Shown piece by piece: positions 1-9,406 of a DNA stretch of 25,619 nt. This stretch comes from a virus (taxonomy: Duplodnaviria; Caudoviricetes). How positions within the stretch are numbered: the stretch's first letter is position 1; each line of letters opens with the position of its first letter. The position numbers and the translations under genes were made by a program. Below the pieces are notes generated by a model. The model was not told where the DNA came from, made no database searches, and saw nothing but the letters and a program-made list of their open reading frames with translations. The DNA lies in IMG/VR virus record IMGVR_UViG_3300017909_003862, positions 1-25,619 of that record, one strand, 5' to 3'.

Positions 1-1851
1 AAATGATTCAAATGCCTGTTTCCAACCATATGCGAATGAACGTTGTATTTCTCTTTGACGTTCTGCTTGTTCTTTAATTTTTTCAAATGCTTCAACTGCA
101 AATACTTCTAAACGTTGCATCTCTTTGATGTATTCGTCATTGGTTATTAAACCGTTCTTCCATGCACGTTTTAGATTATTAATAGATCCAACTAACTTGT
201 CATCAATCTGTCTTCTAATGCCTTCAATTTCACGTTCAAAAGGTGATAGAGATAAATCTTTAACAGCATTTTTACTATCTCTGATTAAATCATTTAAATT
301 GTCTTGTAGACTAATTTGATTGTTTAAGAATAATTCATCACGCTCTTTTTCTCTGTTGATTTGTTCGCGTAATTCTAATTCTGCTTTTAGTCCTGCTCTA
401 CTTGTATTGTAAAGTTCTGTAATTGCGGCAATCTGTTTTTCTATTTCGTCAACTTGTGAACGTGCCGCATCTGTATCTTTTAATTTTAGTTGTGTTAATT
501 TTTCTTGTAGTGGACGTATAGTGTTGTGATAGTCTCTTTCAAAATTGTTCAATTCACGTTGAACTTTTGCTTGAGATTCTGTTAAATTTAAAATTTTAGT
601 TTCTTGTGTTACGCGGTCTCTAACGTCTTGTACACTATCTTTATATTGTTTGAAATAGTTGATATTGCTACGAGCAACTTCATCTTGTTTTTTCTTTAGT
701 TCTTCAAATTCAGTTTTGAATCCTTTGATATTTGTATCTGGAGCATCAGGTAAACTTAAAGGACCAGTCTCTAAATTTTGTAAGGCTTTTGCATCTTCTT
801 CAAGTTTCTTAATTTCATCACCAGCATCACCAACCATTTCGTTGATGCCAGCAACAACACCTGCAACTGCCGCCATACCTGCCGCAAGTTTAACTAAACC
901 AATACCAGTGACACCTTGCAATACAGCGGCGGCAGTTGCCGCTCCACCTATTGCTACTCGCATAGCATTAAATGCTTTTACTGCCGCAATTAATCTTGTA
1001 ATTGTTTGAACCGTAAATACAAGTGCAAGTAATCCAATAACATATTTTAATTGTGCCGCAAATACCTTAATAGCAACAATTAATCCTTCAGTAAAACTTT
1101 TAATGAAGAGTTTATTTTTTTCAATAACTTCAGTTAAACTTCTAATTAGATTACCTAATTCTTCATTTAATCCTGCTTGTCCAATTATATCTGCTGTGTT
1201 AGCAAGTGCATCTTCCAAGTTTGAAAATGCAACTGACAGGTTATTTGCTTTTTGTTCAAATGCACCACCAAATGTTTCTTCTAATCCTTCAGTAAGTGCC
1301 TGAAGTATAATTTGAGCACCTTCCGCACTTTTACCAAATTCAGATATTTCTAAACGTGCTAAATTTAATTTCTTTTGTAGAATATCAAATACAGGAATAC
1401 CTCTATCCTGTAATCTGTTTAAGTCTTCAAGACCCAAACCACCCGCTGTTGTTCTTGCAAACAAGTCTGTAATTGCTTGTAGTGCACCAACTGAATCTGT
1501 TGCAACACTTGATACATCAGCAAATAAACGTAATTGTTCAATGGTTGGTGTAAGTCCTGCCGCTTTTAATTTTACAACAGCAGTTGTCAAATCTTCAACT
1601 GAAAAAATACTTTCTGTAGCAAATGCTTTGATTTGTTCAAATGCCGCAGTGCCTGCACCTTCTACGTCTCTGTATCAGAGATTAAGTGTTGCACGTAAGT
1701 CTTGGAAACGTGCCGCAATTTGAACAATTTCTCTGGCACCAAATGCAACACCAAGTGATGCACCAACACCTAATATAGTGCTTTTTAAAGAACTTAAGGA
1801 CCTTTGGGCACCCCTTGTATCTACATCTACTTGGTATCTTAAATCTGCCAT
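1..1851 (-). CDS. Tail tape measure protein, N-terminal portion; runs off the window edge and contains an in-frame TGA at codon 59
   Basis: Manual translation: MADLRYQVDVDTRGAQRSLSSLKSTILGVGASLGVAFGAREIVQIAARFQDLRATLNL*YRDVEGAGTAAFEQIKAFATESIFSVEDLT...QRSFAYGWKQAFESF. Ala/Gly-rich helical tape-measure character and position after the tail chaperones. Absent from the ORF track. Confidence 0.88.
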
Positions 1852-1854
1852 GGC

Positions 1855-2142
1855 TTATTTCCTTAAAATATCATCTTCAATTTTATTTCTGATGAATTCT
1901 TCTGTTGGACCACTCATACCCTTAGGTGCTTGAATACTACGTCCTTTGTCAAGCGGTACTGCGTAGTTATAGTTTGCTTTGATTTTGCTACCTTGTAGAC
2001 GTGTTCTACGGCGAGCGTTACCTGTGCGTATAGGTGTTATGCTTTTCCAATAATTGTAAGCATCCTTAGGCAATCTTTCAAATTTTGATATGATTTTGCC
2101 TATGCTTGGACCCATCCTGTTACTAACTATCTTTACTGCCAC
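1855..2142 (-). CDS. HK97 gp10-like tail completion/neck protein
   Basis: 95 aa, basic. TPIRTGNARR resembles the PVxTGxLRxS signature of HK97 gp10-like proteins. Lies in the tail module. Confidence 0.65.
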   Translation of the reverse strand: MAVKIVSNRMGPSIGKIISKFERLPKDAYNYWKSITPIRTGNARRRTRLQGSKIKANYNYAVPLDKGRSIQAPKGMSGPTEEFIRNKIEDDILRK

Positions 2143-2410
2143 CCTTACGCTCCTTTACATTGTTCAACATAGACTGTAAATCTTCTGTTGAATAACCATG
2201 GTCTGTTTTGTCTAACCTACCACTTTTACTTTTTTTATTTACATATGCTTCGTATGCATTTCCAAGATTTGCACACCGCATATCTAAACTGTCCCCAAAC
2301 TTCATAACATATGAAGGCATAACCCCATACCTTCTTGCTACTGCATCAAGTATCAATAAATTTGATACTTGAGGTGTTAAGTCTGCGAAGTTTGGGTCGC
2401 GAAGTTTCCC
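2123..2410 (-). CDS. Tail assembly chaperone, -1 frameshift extension (lambda gpT-like portion)
   Basis: The -1 frame from the slippery site at 2404-2410 reads GKLRDPNFADLTPQVSNLLILDAVARRYG..., continuous with track ORF 2123..2356. Confidence 0.8.
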   Translation of the reverse strand, partial: GKLRDPNFADLTPQVSNLLILDAVARRYGVMPSYVMKFGDSLDMRCANLGNAYEAYVNKKSKSGRLDKTDHGYSTEDLQSMLNNVKERKGGSKDS

Positions 2411-2700
2411 AACGCTACCACAGTCTTCTCTACAGCCTTAATCATTACATCATTTGGAAGAATGTTTTTGTCATTGATGATTGCTTTACCTTTTTCATCT
2501 AAGATAAGGTTTTTCATTACATCAACAACTTCTTCCATCTGTTGTTTTCCTTCCAAGTTTGCCAACTTCATAAAGGTTGACATATCAACTCTGTCATATA
2601 CCCAAAACTCAATGTTCTCGCCATACTTCTCTACAAGTTGCGAGTCATCAATCGTCACTTTTGTTAGTTTGGGTTCTTTTGCTAATTCTGATAAGTTCAT
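2377..2700 (-). CDS. Tail assembly chaperone (lambda gpG-like)
   Basis: 107 aa ORF between tail tube and tape measure, with a GGAG RBS and a slippery heptamer near its 3' end. Confidence 0.8.
   Translation of the reverse strand: MNLSELAKEPKLTKVTIDDSQLVEKYGENIEFWVYDRVDMSTFMKLANLEGKQQMEEVVDVMKNLILDEKGKAIINDKNILPNDVMIKAVEKTVVALGNFATQTSQT
2404..2410 (-). other. Programmed -1 ribosomal frameshift site G GGA AAC
   Basis: X XXY YYZ heptamer in the correct phase (TTG GGA AAC). The -1 frame is open into the downstream ORF, the classic G/GT arrangement. Confidence 0.82.
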
Positions 2701-2703
2701 CTG

Positions 2704-2877
2704 TTAATCTCCTTGTCTTTCAATCAGTGTGTTTGCTACAACAAGCAAGAAACGTATTCTTGATGTTGCTTTTTCTAAGTCTTTGTAAGCACATTTTATT
2801 TCGTTTTGTGCCTTTGCAGTTTCTGCAATCAGACTTTGAAGTAGTTCTTGGTCTGTCTTTTGATCTAATACATCCAT
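2704..2877 (-). CDS. Small helical hypothetical protein, 57 aa (not in ORF track)
   Basis: MDVLDQKTDQELLQSLIAETAKAQNEIKCAYKDLEKATSRIRFLLVVANTLIERQGD, preceded by AAGGA and a TAAATA box; fills the gap between terminator and chaperone. Confidence 0.8.
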   Translation of the reverse strand: MDVLDQKTDQELLQSLIAETAKAQNEIKCAYKDLEKATSRIRFLLVVANTLIERQGD

Positions 2878-2895
2878 TAATCTATCCTTCTATTG

Positions 2896-2901
2896 TATTT
2901 A
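2896..2901 (-). promoter_or_regulatory. TAAATA late-promoter-like box (tail chaperone/TMP unit)
   Basis: GGTAAATAC immediately after the terminator and 18 nt upstream of the ATG at 2877. Confidence 0.7.
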
Positions 2902-2907
2902 CCATAT

Positions 2908-2938
2908 ATAAGAAAATGGGGCATATAAAACGCCCCAT
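2908..2938 (-). terminator. Rho-independent terminator after the head/tail-tube operon
   Basis: Minus strand ATGGGGC-GTTTTATAT-GCCCCAT followed by TTTCTTAT. Confidence 0.75.
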
Positions 2939-2993
2939 AATCCCCTATATATCCGCGGATATACAGTGCCCTCGCTCGCTCTCCCAATTGGGA

Positions 2994-3467
2994 TTACGCT
3001 ACTGTGTAGTCACCATCTACTGTAATAGTAATTGGTGATACCCAAACTGGTGCATCAGCAGATACTGTAGGTGCTAAACCTGTAATGTATCCACTTCCAG
3101 AAATTGTTTTACCTGTTGCGCCACCATCAGTGTCACCCAAGTAAAGGTCAAAGTCAATTTTTGTTTTATCTTTTGATAAACCAAATATGCCCGCTGTTTG
3201 TGCATCTTCGCCTGAAACAGTAGTTCCAAAAAACGTATTTTGCTCTAATACCAAGTTCATTGATAAACTGTTAGTAGCAGTAGTAGCAATCTGTTGTTTA
3301 GATCCACTATCAAGTTGTGTCCAAGTAAAAACATCGTTGGCGTTGTTGACTGTTACGTCTTGCAGTGCTGGGACTACTAATCCCACTGTGTCTGTACCAC
3401 TGTTTGTTGTAATAGTCAAAGTCGCCTCTACGCCTGTAACACCTGGTGCTGGATAAATGTAAGCCAT
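2994..3467 (-). CDS. Major tail (tube) protein
   Basis: 157 aa, Thr/Gly-rich and beta-rich, C-terminal SGSGYITGLAPTVSADAPVWVSPITITVDG. AGGAG RBS, downstream terminator, siphovirus synteny. Confidence 0.8.
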   Translation of the reverse strand: MAYIYPAPGVTGVEATLTITTNSGTDTVGLVVPALQDVTVNNANDVFTWTQLDSGSKQQIATTATNSLSMNLVLEQNTFFGTTVSGEDAQTAGIFGLSKDKTKIDFDLYLGDTDGGATGKTISGSGYITGLAPTVSADAPVWVSPITITVDGDYTVA

Positions 3468-3480
3468 TTTGTTTTCTCCT

Positions 3481-3873
3481 TTAGGTTACTTTGTTGAAAC
3501 GTATTTCCATTGAATTAATAATTAGGTCTGACTGATACTCAGTTGTAACATCCATCTCTCTACGGTGAACACCGCTGACAGTTGTAATGTTTTTTGCTTT
3601 TTTCAAATCAGCAACTAATGTGTTATAATTCGCTGGTAGTTGCTTTGCATCTGCAGAAAAGTAGATACTAACTGATGTAACTTCGTTATCAATCACTGGA
3701 CCGTCTAACGCTGTTACCAGTGGTTCCACAGCAGTTTGCTCATTGTCAACATATATTTTTTTGACATTTTGCACATACAATGGTGACCCACTTGCATCAT
3801 AGGGTAGTTCACTTGAAACAGTAAATGTTCCTAATGCTAACCCGTTAATGTAATCAAGTATCTCCTGTCGCAT
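3481..3873 (-). CDS. Putative tail terminator / neck protein
   Basis: 130 aa ORF directly upstream of the tail tube; assigned from synteny and size. Confidence 0.55.
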   Translation of the reverse strand: MRQEILDYINGLALGTFTVSSELPYDASGSPLYVQNVKKIYVDNEQTAVEPLVTALDGPVIDNEVTSVSIYFSADAKQLPANYNTLVADLKKAKNITTVSGVHRREMDVTTEYQSDLIINSMEIRFNKVT

Positions 3874-4383
3874 CTAACGCACCCTTTTCAAATTATACTG
3901 CCCTGGTTCTTTTTCTGATGACACAATACTGTTGTCACCATCAAAATCATACCAGTCACCCGCGGTAACCAATTCACCAAACATCTGTTCTGCCTTGTTA
4001 GCATAATATGATATCTTCTGCCTTTCAGCATTGTCCTCATTGCCAAAATCAGCAACGATAGGTAAGATATATTCTGACAAACCAGTATAGATACAGAGGT
4101 CTCTAAAGTCGTTCAAACGTGCTTTGATTTTGTCTGGATCTACAGCAGGAATATCTGCTACAGTTGAGAAAGTGAATCCATTACTTTGTTTAACATAGTA
4201 TGAACGCCACCAAGCAGTAGAACGCATCTTTGTAAGGATGCGTTCCGTTGCTCTGATAAGTCCATCTTCTACGACATCGTCAGTTAGGCCCTCATTCTGC
4301 TCAAACAAACGTTGATCCTTTGCTTGAACGTCTGCAAAATCAGCGAAACTAATTGTTACGCTATTGTCTATAATGAAAGCCAT
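3874..4383 (-). CDS. Putative head-tail adaptor
   Basis: 169 aa helical protein directly after the capsid gene; assigned from synteny. Confidence 0.6.
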   Translation of the reverse strand: MAFIIDNSVTISFADFADVQAKDQRLFEQNEGLTDDVVEDGLIRATERILTKMRSTAWWRSYYVKQSNGFTFSTVADIPAVDPDKIKARLNDFRDLCIYTGLSEYILPIVADFGNEDNAERQKISYYANKAEQMFGELVTAGDWYDFDGDNSIVSSEKEPGQYNLKRVR

Positions 4384-4396
4384 CGTCTACGATTCC

Positions 4397-5227
4397 TTAC
4401 GCTGAGTCTTTGATCATTACGCCACGTCCAGCGTCAATCAATGCTGGTTTTGCGTGTAGACTTGCTACAATGTCAGAACCAACTGCTTCTGCTCTACGTG
4501 CGATCTCAATGTCAACGTTTTTCTGCATAGCGATTCTCATAGAGTCTGCTCCAAAGATCGCCATTTTAGCACCAGTTACACCAGTATTTGTGTCGTCTAA
4601 GTAAGAAGAAACAAATGTTTGAACACCAGCGATAGTTCCTACAAAACCATTTCTTAATGCTTCTGTTTGGAAATCACCACCAGCGTATGCTTGTGAACCA
4701 ATGTTGCTCATTAAAGCACCGTAAGCGCCTGCGCCTACAACACCATATAATTGACCAGTCTCACCGTTGCCACGAATTGTTCCAACAGCACTAAAGATTT
4801 CATCTAAATCTAAATCGCCTGATGTAATTTCTTGACCAGTAAGTGTGCCAATTACGCCCATAGTTGCTTGATCAAATGCTTTTGATACTGCGTTACCTAA
4901 AACACGTCCAATTTCATTTGGATCAATTGCACCTAAGTCACGTAACACTGAACGTGCCGCGTATAAGTCACAAGTGATTGTGTTTTTTGTGTCTGCTGGT
5001 AGAACAGCGTCAATGTCCACACCTGTTGATGCTTCTGAATTAATTGTTGTTGCAGAAACGTTTGCAAGTTCTGGAACCTGTAGAACACCGTTTGGTGCAT
5101 TAACTACAGGGATAAGAGAACCACCTAAAAACAGTGAACTCTCATGAGCCGCGTATACTGTAGCGGCTTTTACAGGTACTACTAATGCATCTGTGTTAAT
5201 TACGGATGCGTATGCTGAGTTTGCCAT
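4397..5227 (-). CDS. Major capsid protein (HK97 fold)
   Basis: 276 aa following the scaffold gene. LGNAVSKAFDQ backbone helix and GFVGTIAGVQTFVSSYL motif are typical of HK97-fold MCPs. Strong AAAGGAG RBS. Confidence 0.88.
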   Translation of the reverse strand: MANSAYASVINTDALVVPVKAATVYAAHESSLFLGGSLIPVVNAPNGVLQVPELANVSATTINSEASTGVDIDAVLPADTKNTITCDLYAARSVLRDLGAIDPNEIGRVLGNAVSKAFDQATMGVIGTLTGQEITSGDLDLDEIFSAVGTIRGNGETGQLYGVVGAGAYGALMSNIGSQAYAGGDFQTEALRNGFVGTIAGVQTFVSSYLDDTNTGVTGAKMAIFGADSMRIAMQKNVDIEIARRAEAVGSDIVASLHAKPALIDAGRGVMIKDSA

Positions 5228-5256
5228 GATATTATCTCCTTTTGGCTAATGTTAAA

Positions 5257-5940
5257 TTACAAGAGACCTTTTTGACGTGCCTCTTTATAAAGTTTTCTAT
5301 GTTCAGGATTCGTCATATCCAAATTAGCAAGATCTACTTCTGTGCTTGGAGCACTTCTTGTATTGCTCTGTGAAGCACTTGTTGCTAATCCTGCTTTTCT
5401 AAAGTGTGGATTTTCATCCAACCATGTTTTAACATAGTCGTCTACACTTAGTAAGGTACCATTGTCATTATAACGAACATTTCCACTATCGTCTAACACT
5501 TCAACGTCATTGCCATCTTCAGATAGTCTAACGTTTGATGCTAACAACTGTTTAACTTGAGCAGGATTGACACTGTCATATCTTGCCGCCGCATCTATCA
5601 AAGGTGTATTCACCTTGTATTCTTTAATGACTGCTTCCCTCTTTTGGATTTCAGCATCCTTTTTTGAAGCAAGTTCTTGTAGAGTCTTTTCAAACTCTCC
5701 CCTTTTGATTTGCTGTTCTTGCTGACGCTTTTCTGCATCTGCTTTTAGTTTACGCAATTCTTCTGGGTCACCCAAATCAGCATATTTGCCTTCAAGTTTA
5801 CGTGTGATTGAACCTTTCATACGGGCCATCATATCGTCTACTTCTTTCTGAGTGAAAGTTTTTACTTCTGCCTGATTTTCTACAGTTTCTTCTGTTCCAG
5901 TATCAGTTACTGTTTCATTAACCAATGTATTGTCTGACAT
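5257..5940 (-). CDS. Capsid scaffolding protein
   Basis: Acidic N-terminus, KTFTQKEVD motif, long charged coiled coil, immediately upstream of the MCP, AAGGAGG RBS. Confidence 0.82.
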   Translation of the reverse strand: MSDNTLVNETVTDTGTEETVENQAEVKTFTQKEVDDMMARMKGSITRKLEGKYADLGDPEELRKLKADAEKRQQEQQIKRGEFEKTLQELASKKDAEIQKREAVIKEYKVNTPLIDAAARYDSVNPAQVKQLLASNVRLSEDGNDVEVLDDSGNVRYNDNGTLLSVDDYVKTWLDENPHFRKAGLATSASQSNTRSAPSTEVDLANLDMTNPEHRKLYKEARQKGLL

Positions 5941-5973
5941 CGTGCATCGCCTCCTTAAATGAGTTTGTATTCA

Positions 5974-5980
5974 TATTTAT
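5974..5980 (-). promoter_or_regulatory. ATAAATA late-promoter-like box (scaffold-capsid operon)
   Basis: Intergenic, 33 nt upstream of the scaffold ATG. Confidence 0.7.
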
Positions 5981-5991
5981 TCTTTTGCAAA

Positions 5992-6357
5992 TCAAACCGT
6001 CTTTAGTTGGTTTTTCCTTGCGTTTTCTAACCCTATTCTGTCCTGTTGTATTAAAACAGGAACGGGCGTAGAGTTAATCCCAAATGAAGGGTGACTGTGT
6101 AACCACTCTTCAAATTCTCTGTTACGGTTCATGCGTTGCTCTATCTTCTTGAGCAGTCTTGGGGTAGAGTTATAAACTACGTGAACTCTTGCCTCTAAAC
6201 CGTTTAAATCTTCTGTGTCGCCGCGCCACAAAACAATTTCTATCTTGTTCCTTTTGTAGGCGCTCCAACTCCATGGACATACGTGACGTATGCTGTGAAA
6301 ATATTCTTTCCACAGATCCTTATCGTTTACCGCCGCGTTTGCCGCCTCGCTTCCCAC
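5992..6357 (-). CDS. Hypothetical protein (start uncertain)
   Basis: 121 aa ORF with CPWS and WLHSHP motifs between portal and scaffold; its 5' end overlaps the basic micro-ORF. Confidence 0.65.
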   Translation of the reverse strand: MGSEAANAAVNDKDLWKEYFHSIRHVCPWSWSAYKRNKIEIVLWRGDTEDLNGLEARVHVVYNSTPRLLKKIEQRMNRNREFEEWLHSHPSFGINSTPVPVLIQQDRIGLENARKNQLKTV

Positions 6358-6388
6358 CTTTTTTCTTTTTCTTTTTATGCATCGCCAT
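6320..6388 (-). CDS. 22-aa Lys/Arg/Gly-rich micropeptide (not in ORF track)
   Basis: MAMHKKKKKKGGKRGGKRGGKR; GAGGAG RBS 7 nt upstream of the ATG; overlaps the portal stop codon. Confidence 0.7.
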   Translation of the reverse strand: MAMHKKKKKKGGKRGGKRGGKR

Positions 6389-7850
6389 TGTTTTGCTCCT
6401 CATGTGTATACCCTTGTGCCGCCAGTTCAAGATGTTGTTGCTCTGTTTGTGCAACTACTCTTTCGCCCTCTGGTGAAAACATTACGTGGGGAACAAAGGT
6501 GTTTAGTTTATCCAATACCATTGTTTCATCTTCTTCATCAAGATCCATCCACTCTACCAACTGTTTGTCAATCTGTTTGATTACAGCAGGATCAGTAGCA
6601 GTTTCACGTGCTGTGCGTAACTGTTGAATCTCTCTGTCTTTGTCTCTGATATTGAATGAGTTTGGATATTCAATATATCCTGTCCATTCACTGCCTATGT
6701 AGTCAGCAAAAATTTTGAAGATGTTTTCTTCTGCCTGTGCAAGACTTGATGCCTTTTGACTGATACGTGCATTTAGTAGACTCATTTCAGTTTCTAATGC
6801 AACGCCACTCATTGTTCTTGCTTCTGTTGCTCTAACAGCACCAGTGTTTGCCATCTTGTCAATAGCACCAATTGAATGGTCAATGACTTTGAGAATAGTG
6901 TCTACACTTGCACCTGAAAATTCAAGTGTGTATGGTTTTAGTCCTGGATCTAATCCTTCTTCAATTTGAATAACTGATCCTGGTCCAACACCCAATGAAG
7001 TGTTTGGTGTAGCAACTATAGAAGGATGTGTGTCCATCTTAATTGCTTCTGCCGCTTCGCTGGTGCAGTTGTAGATGTGTTTTTGCATCAATGCTATGTC
7101 TTGGATATCACTGATACCTATGCCTCTCACACTGCTTTTCATATTGTACACACATATAGCAGGAATATAACCTAATTGGTTTTCTTCTTCTACTGCATTA
7201 AGAATGTTTTTCTTTTCAACATCAACTGTGGTTGTTTTAATTACACTTGGTGTCCATTCTTTGATTACTCTAACATCACCATTGAAATCTTCAATGTATT
7301 TTAAGAAGTCTAATTTGTATTTGCCAATTGGTGTTCTATAATAGTTCCAATCAGTAACTGCTAATGGTGTAATTAGGTTAAGGTAGGGTCTTACTCCTGC
7401 CTGTAATTCTTCTGCTTGTGTTGTGAATCCTAAATTAGGTTTAGAAATTATCAACCAAGAGTGGCCAAAAACTGAACTCCAAGTAGAAACTTCTCTCATG
7501 ATTTCGTCAATGTTGTGTCCATCATGATCTGCGTCTTTTAAAAATTCCTGTAAAACCTGACTGTTCTCCATACCTGAAAAATCTCTGTATGGTTTCTCTC
7601 TAAATAGAAAACTGTTATACACACTAACAACACTCTTACAGTGATTTTCCAGAGGTGTTGTTGCTAATCTTGCGGCGTATTCATTCTGTGTTTCTAATTG
7701 ATATTTGTGTAAGTGTCCTGCTTGTGTATAGTCCTCTCCACCAATGTATGCTTGAAACAGTTCGTCCCATCTTTCGCGGTAGGTTGAATACACTTCGTTG
7801 GCTGATAGCAGGGTTGCGATTTGATTTTCAATTAATTGTGATGCATCCAT
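6375..7850 (-). CDS. Portal protein
   Basis: 491 aa directly after TerL. YLNLITPLAVTDW, GISDIQDIA and SGVAL motifs match SPP1 gp6-like portals. Confidence 0.88.
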   Translation of the reverse strand: MDASQLIENQIATLLSANEVYSTYRERWDELFQAYIGGEDYTQAGHLHKYQLETQNEYAARLATTPLENHCKSVVSVYNSFLFREKPYRDFSGMENSQVLQEFLKDADHDGHNIDEIMREVSTWSSVFGHSWLIISKPNLGFTTQAEELQAGVRPYLNLITPLAVTDWNYYRTPIGKYKLDFLKYIEDFNGDVRVIKEWTPSVIKTTTVDVEKKNILNAVEEENQLGYIPAICVYNMKSSVRGIGISDIQDIALMQKHIYNCTSEAAEAIKMDTHPSIVATPNTSLGVGPGSVIQIEEGLDPGLKPYTLEFSGASVDTILKVIDHSIGAIDKMANTGAVRATEARTMSGVALETEMSLLNARISQKASSLAQAEENIFKIFADYIGSEWTGYIEYPNSFNIRDKDREIQQLRTARETATDPAVIKQIDKQLVEWMDLDEEDETMVLDKLNTFVPHVMFSPEGERVVAQTEQQHLELAAQGYTHEEQNNGDA

Positions 7851-7851
7851 C

Positions 7852-9084
7852 TTATCTTATTCCCCATCTTTGTGGTTGTGCAGGTTCAACCTCACGTTTT
7901 AGTGGAAAAATATAAGCAACGCAATAACTGAGTGCGTCAAACTGGTGTGAATAGTCCTGCTTACCACCCTTGTCAGGAACTTGCGTTCCTTCACGGTAAT
8001 TATATTTTTCTAAACTCTCTACAGTGTATTTACACGATTTACTTATAAACAAGCGTCTAACGCCATCTGCAGAACAGAAACGGGCGTTGGTTGCATTGAT
8101 TCTATCACGCACTGCGTCGTGTCTTCGCGGTGCTTTTACTACAAATCCTGCGTTCTGTAGTATTGTATGATCCGTTGCTCCATTCGCCGCTGTTTTACGA
8201 CTGTTGCCACTTGGATCTGGAAATGCAAATATCTTTGAGTTTGGATATCTGCGATTAACTTCGTCTGCTAATTCTTGGGTATTTGAGTTATACATTTGTA
8301 TTTCATCTATACAGTACAGTGTGTCTTTGTCTTGGACAAATATACATCCTGCAATTGGCGCAACGTTGAAGTCACAACCTAATAATATGGTTCTTGTGTC
8401 TAAACCTTGAGGTAGTTCTTTAATGTTGTGTTCTCTATCAAACGCATATGCAATACGTGAGTTAGATACTTCCCAACTTGCTTCAAACTCTTGTTTGAAT
8501 TGCTGTAGACTCATTTCAGAACGTGCTTGTTCTATTTCTTCAAGTTCTACAAATCCTGCGTCTGCTGTTGTGATACTGTAACTGCGCCATTCACTGTTTT
8601 TCTCTGGCATATTGTATAGATCAAACAACCAATTGTTCTTGCCTGTTGGTGTGGATATAAAGAGGCATCCGCCTCTCTGATCTGCTAATGCTGGACGCAA
8701 CACTTCATACCATGCATCAGGATCTACTAATGCCGCCTCATCAATTACACAGTATGAAAGACTGATACCTCTTAGTGACGCATAATTTTCTGCACCTTTG
8801 AGACTGATTGTGGTTCCATTCTTAAGGATAATAGTAAGTTCACTTTCATTAATCTTTTGAACCCAACGTAGGTCCAACATCTTTTCTTTGAGTAATTTCC
8901 AAGCAATTAATTTTGCCTGTCTGTAACTTGCTGTAATATAGAATATGTTTTGGTTTGGCACACGAGCATGATAGGCAATCATGCGAATAGCAAGATAGGT
9001 CTTACCAGAGCGCCTTCCTGCTACTACAGTAATATATCTTTCTGAAAAATTGCTTACTTCTGACTGCCATTTTGCTAACTGCAT
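7852..9084 (-). CDS. terL: Terminase large subunit
   Basis: Walker A VVAGRRSGKT, Walker B CVIDEAA, coupling motif ISTPTG, nuclease motifs GCDFN and SHQFDALSY. Confidence 0.95.
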   Translation of the reverse strand: MQLAKWQSEVSNFSERYITVVAGRRSGKTYLAIRMIAYHARVPNQNIFYITASYRQAKLIAWKLLKEKMLDLRWVQKINESELTIILKNGTTISLKGAENYASLRGISLSYCVIDEAALVDPDAWYEVLRPALADQRGGCLFISTPTGKNNWLFDLYNMPEKNSEWRSYSITTADAGFVELEEIEQARSEMSLQQFKQEFEASWEVSNSRIAYAFDREHNIKELPQGLDTRTILLGCDFNVAPIAGCIFVQDKDTLYCIDEIQMYNSNTQELADEVNRRYPNSKIFAFPDPSGNSRKTAANGATDHTILQNAGFVVKAPRRHDAVRDRINATNARFCSADGVRRLFISKSCKYTVESLEKYNYREGTQVPDKGGKQDYSHQFDALSYCVAYIFPLKREVEPAQPQRWGIR

Positions 9085-9089
9085 GACAG

Positions 9090-9108
9090 TATTTAGCAGA
9101 TCTATTTA
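9090..9108 (-). promoter_or_regulatory. Two TAAATA boxes upstream of terL (9090-9095 and 9103-9108)
   Basis: CTAAATA-CTGTC-ATG with no Shine-Dalgarno, consistent with a leaderless transcript. The second copy overlaps the upstream stop codon. Confidence 0.7.
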
Positions 9109-9395
9109 TCAGCGTCTAAATCATTGGAGAACACAAGAGTATTCTTGCGTAGGTCTTCTAAGTCTGCTTTTATTATTGCCAACTTGTGATTGAATGTTTT
9201 GTAGTTGGTTGCAATGCTTTGATGTTGATTGCTTAATTCCATCAACAGGTCCTGCAATTTGTTATTGTTGGTAATTAATTGATTGATTAGATTGCGTTGG
9301 TTGACACTTTCTAATCTCAACTGTTGTAGTTCTGCGTAAGGATCAAATCCATTGTTAAACATACCGTCTCCTTCCCACCAATCTCTGCTCTTCAT
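9102..9395 (-). CDS. Coiled-coil hypothetical protein (alternative start at 9362 with GAAGGAG RBS)
   Basis: Heptad-rich ORF (FDPYAELQQLRLE...); TAAATA box at 9401-9406. Confidence 0.7.
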   Translation of the reverse strand: MKSRDWWEGDGMFNNGFDPYAELQQLRLESVNQRNLINQLITNNNKLQDLLMELSNQHQSIATNYKTFNHKLAIIKADLEDLRKNTLVFSNDLDADK

Positions 9396-9400
9396 GTTTA

Positions 9401-9406
9401 TATTTA
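9401..9406 (-). promoter_or_regulatory. TAAATA late-promoter-like box
   Basis: TTAAATA-TAAAC-ATG, 5 nt before the ATG at 9395. Confidence 0.65.

Noticed and set aside
1675-1677. Alternative genetic code (TGA reassigned)
   Set aside because: Only one internal TGA was found, TGA terminates other genes (5992, 24394), and the other long genes are intact under code 11.
2971-2981. GAGCGAGCGAG resembling the AAV Rep-binding element
   Set aside because: Too short, and no HUH Rep is encoded; likely coincidental.
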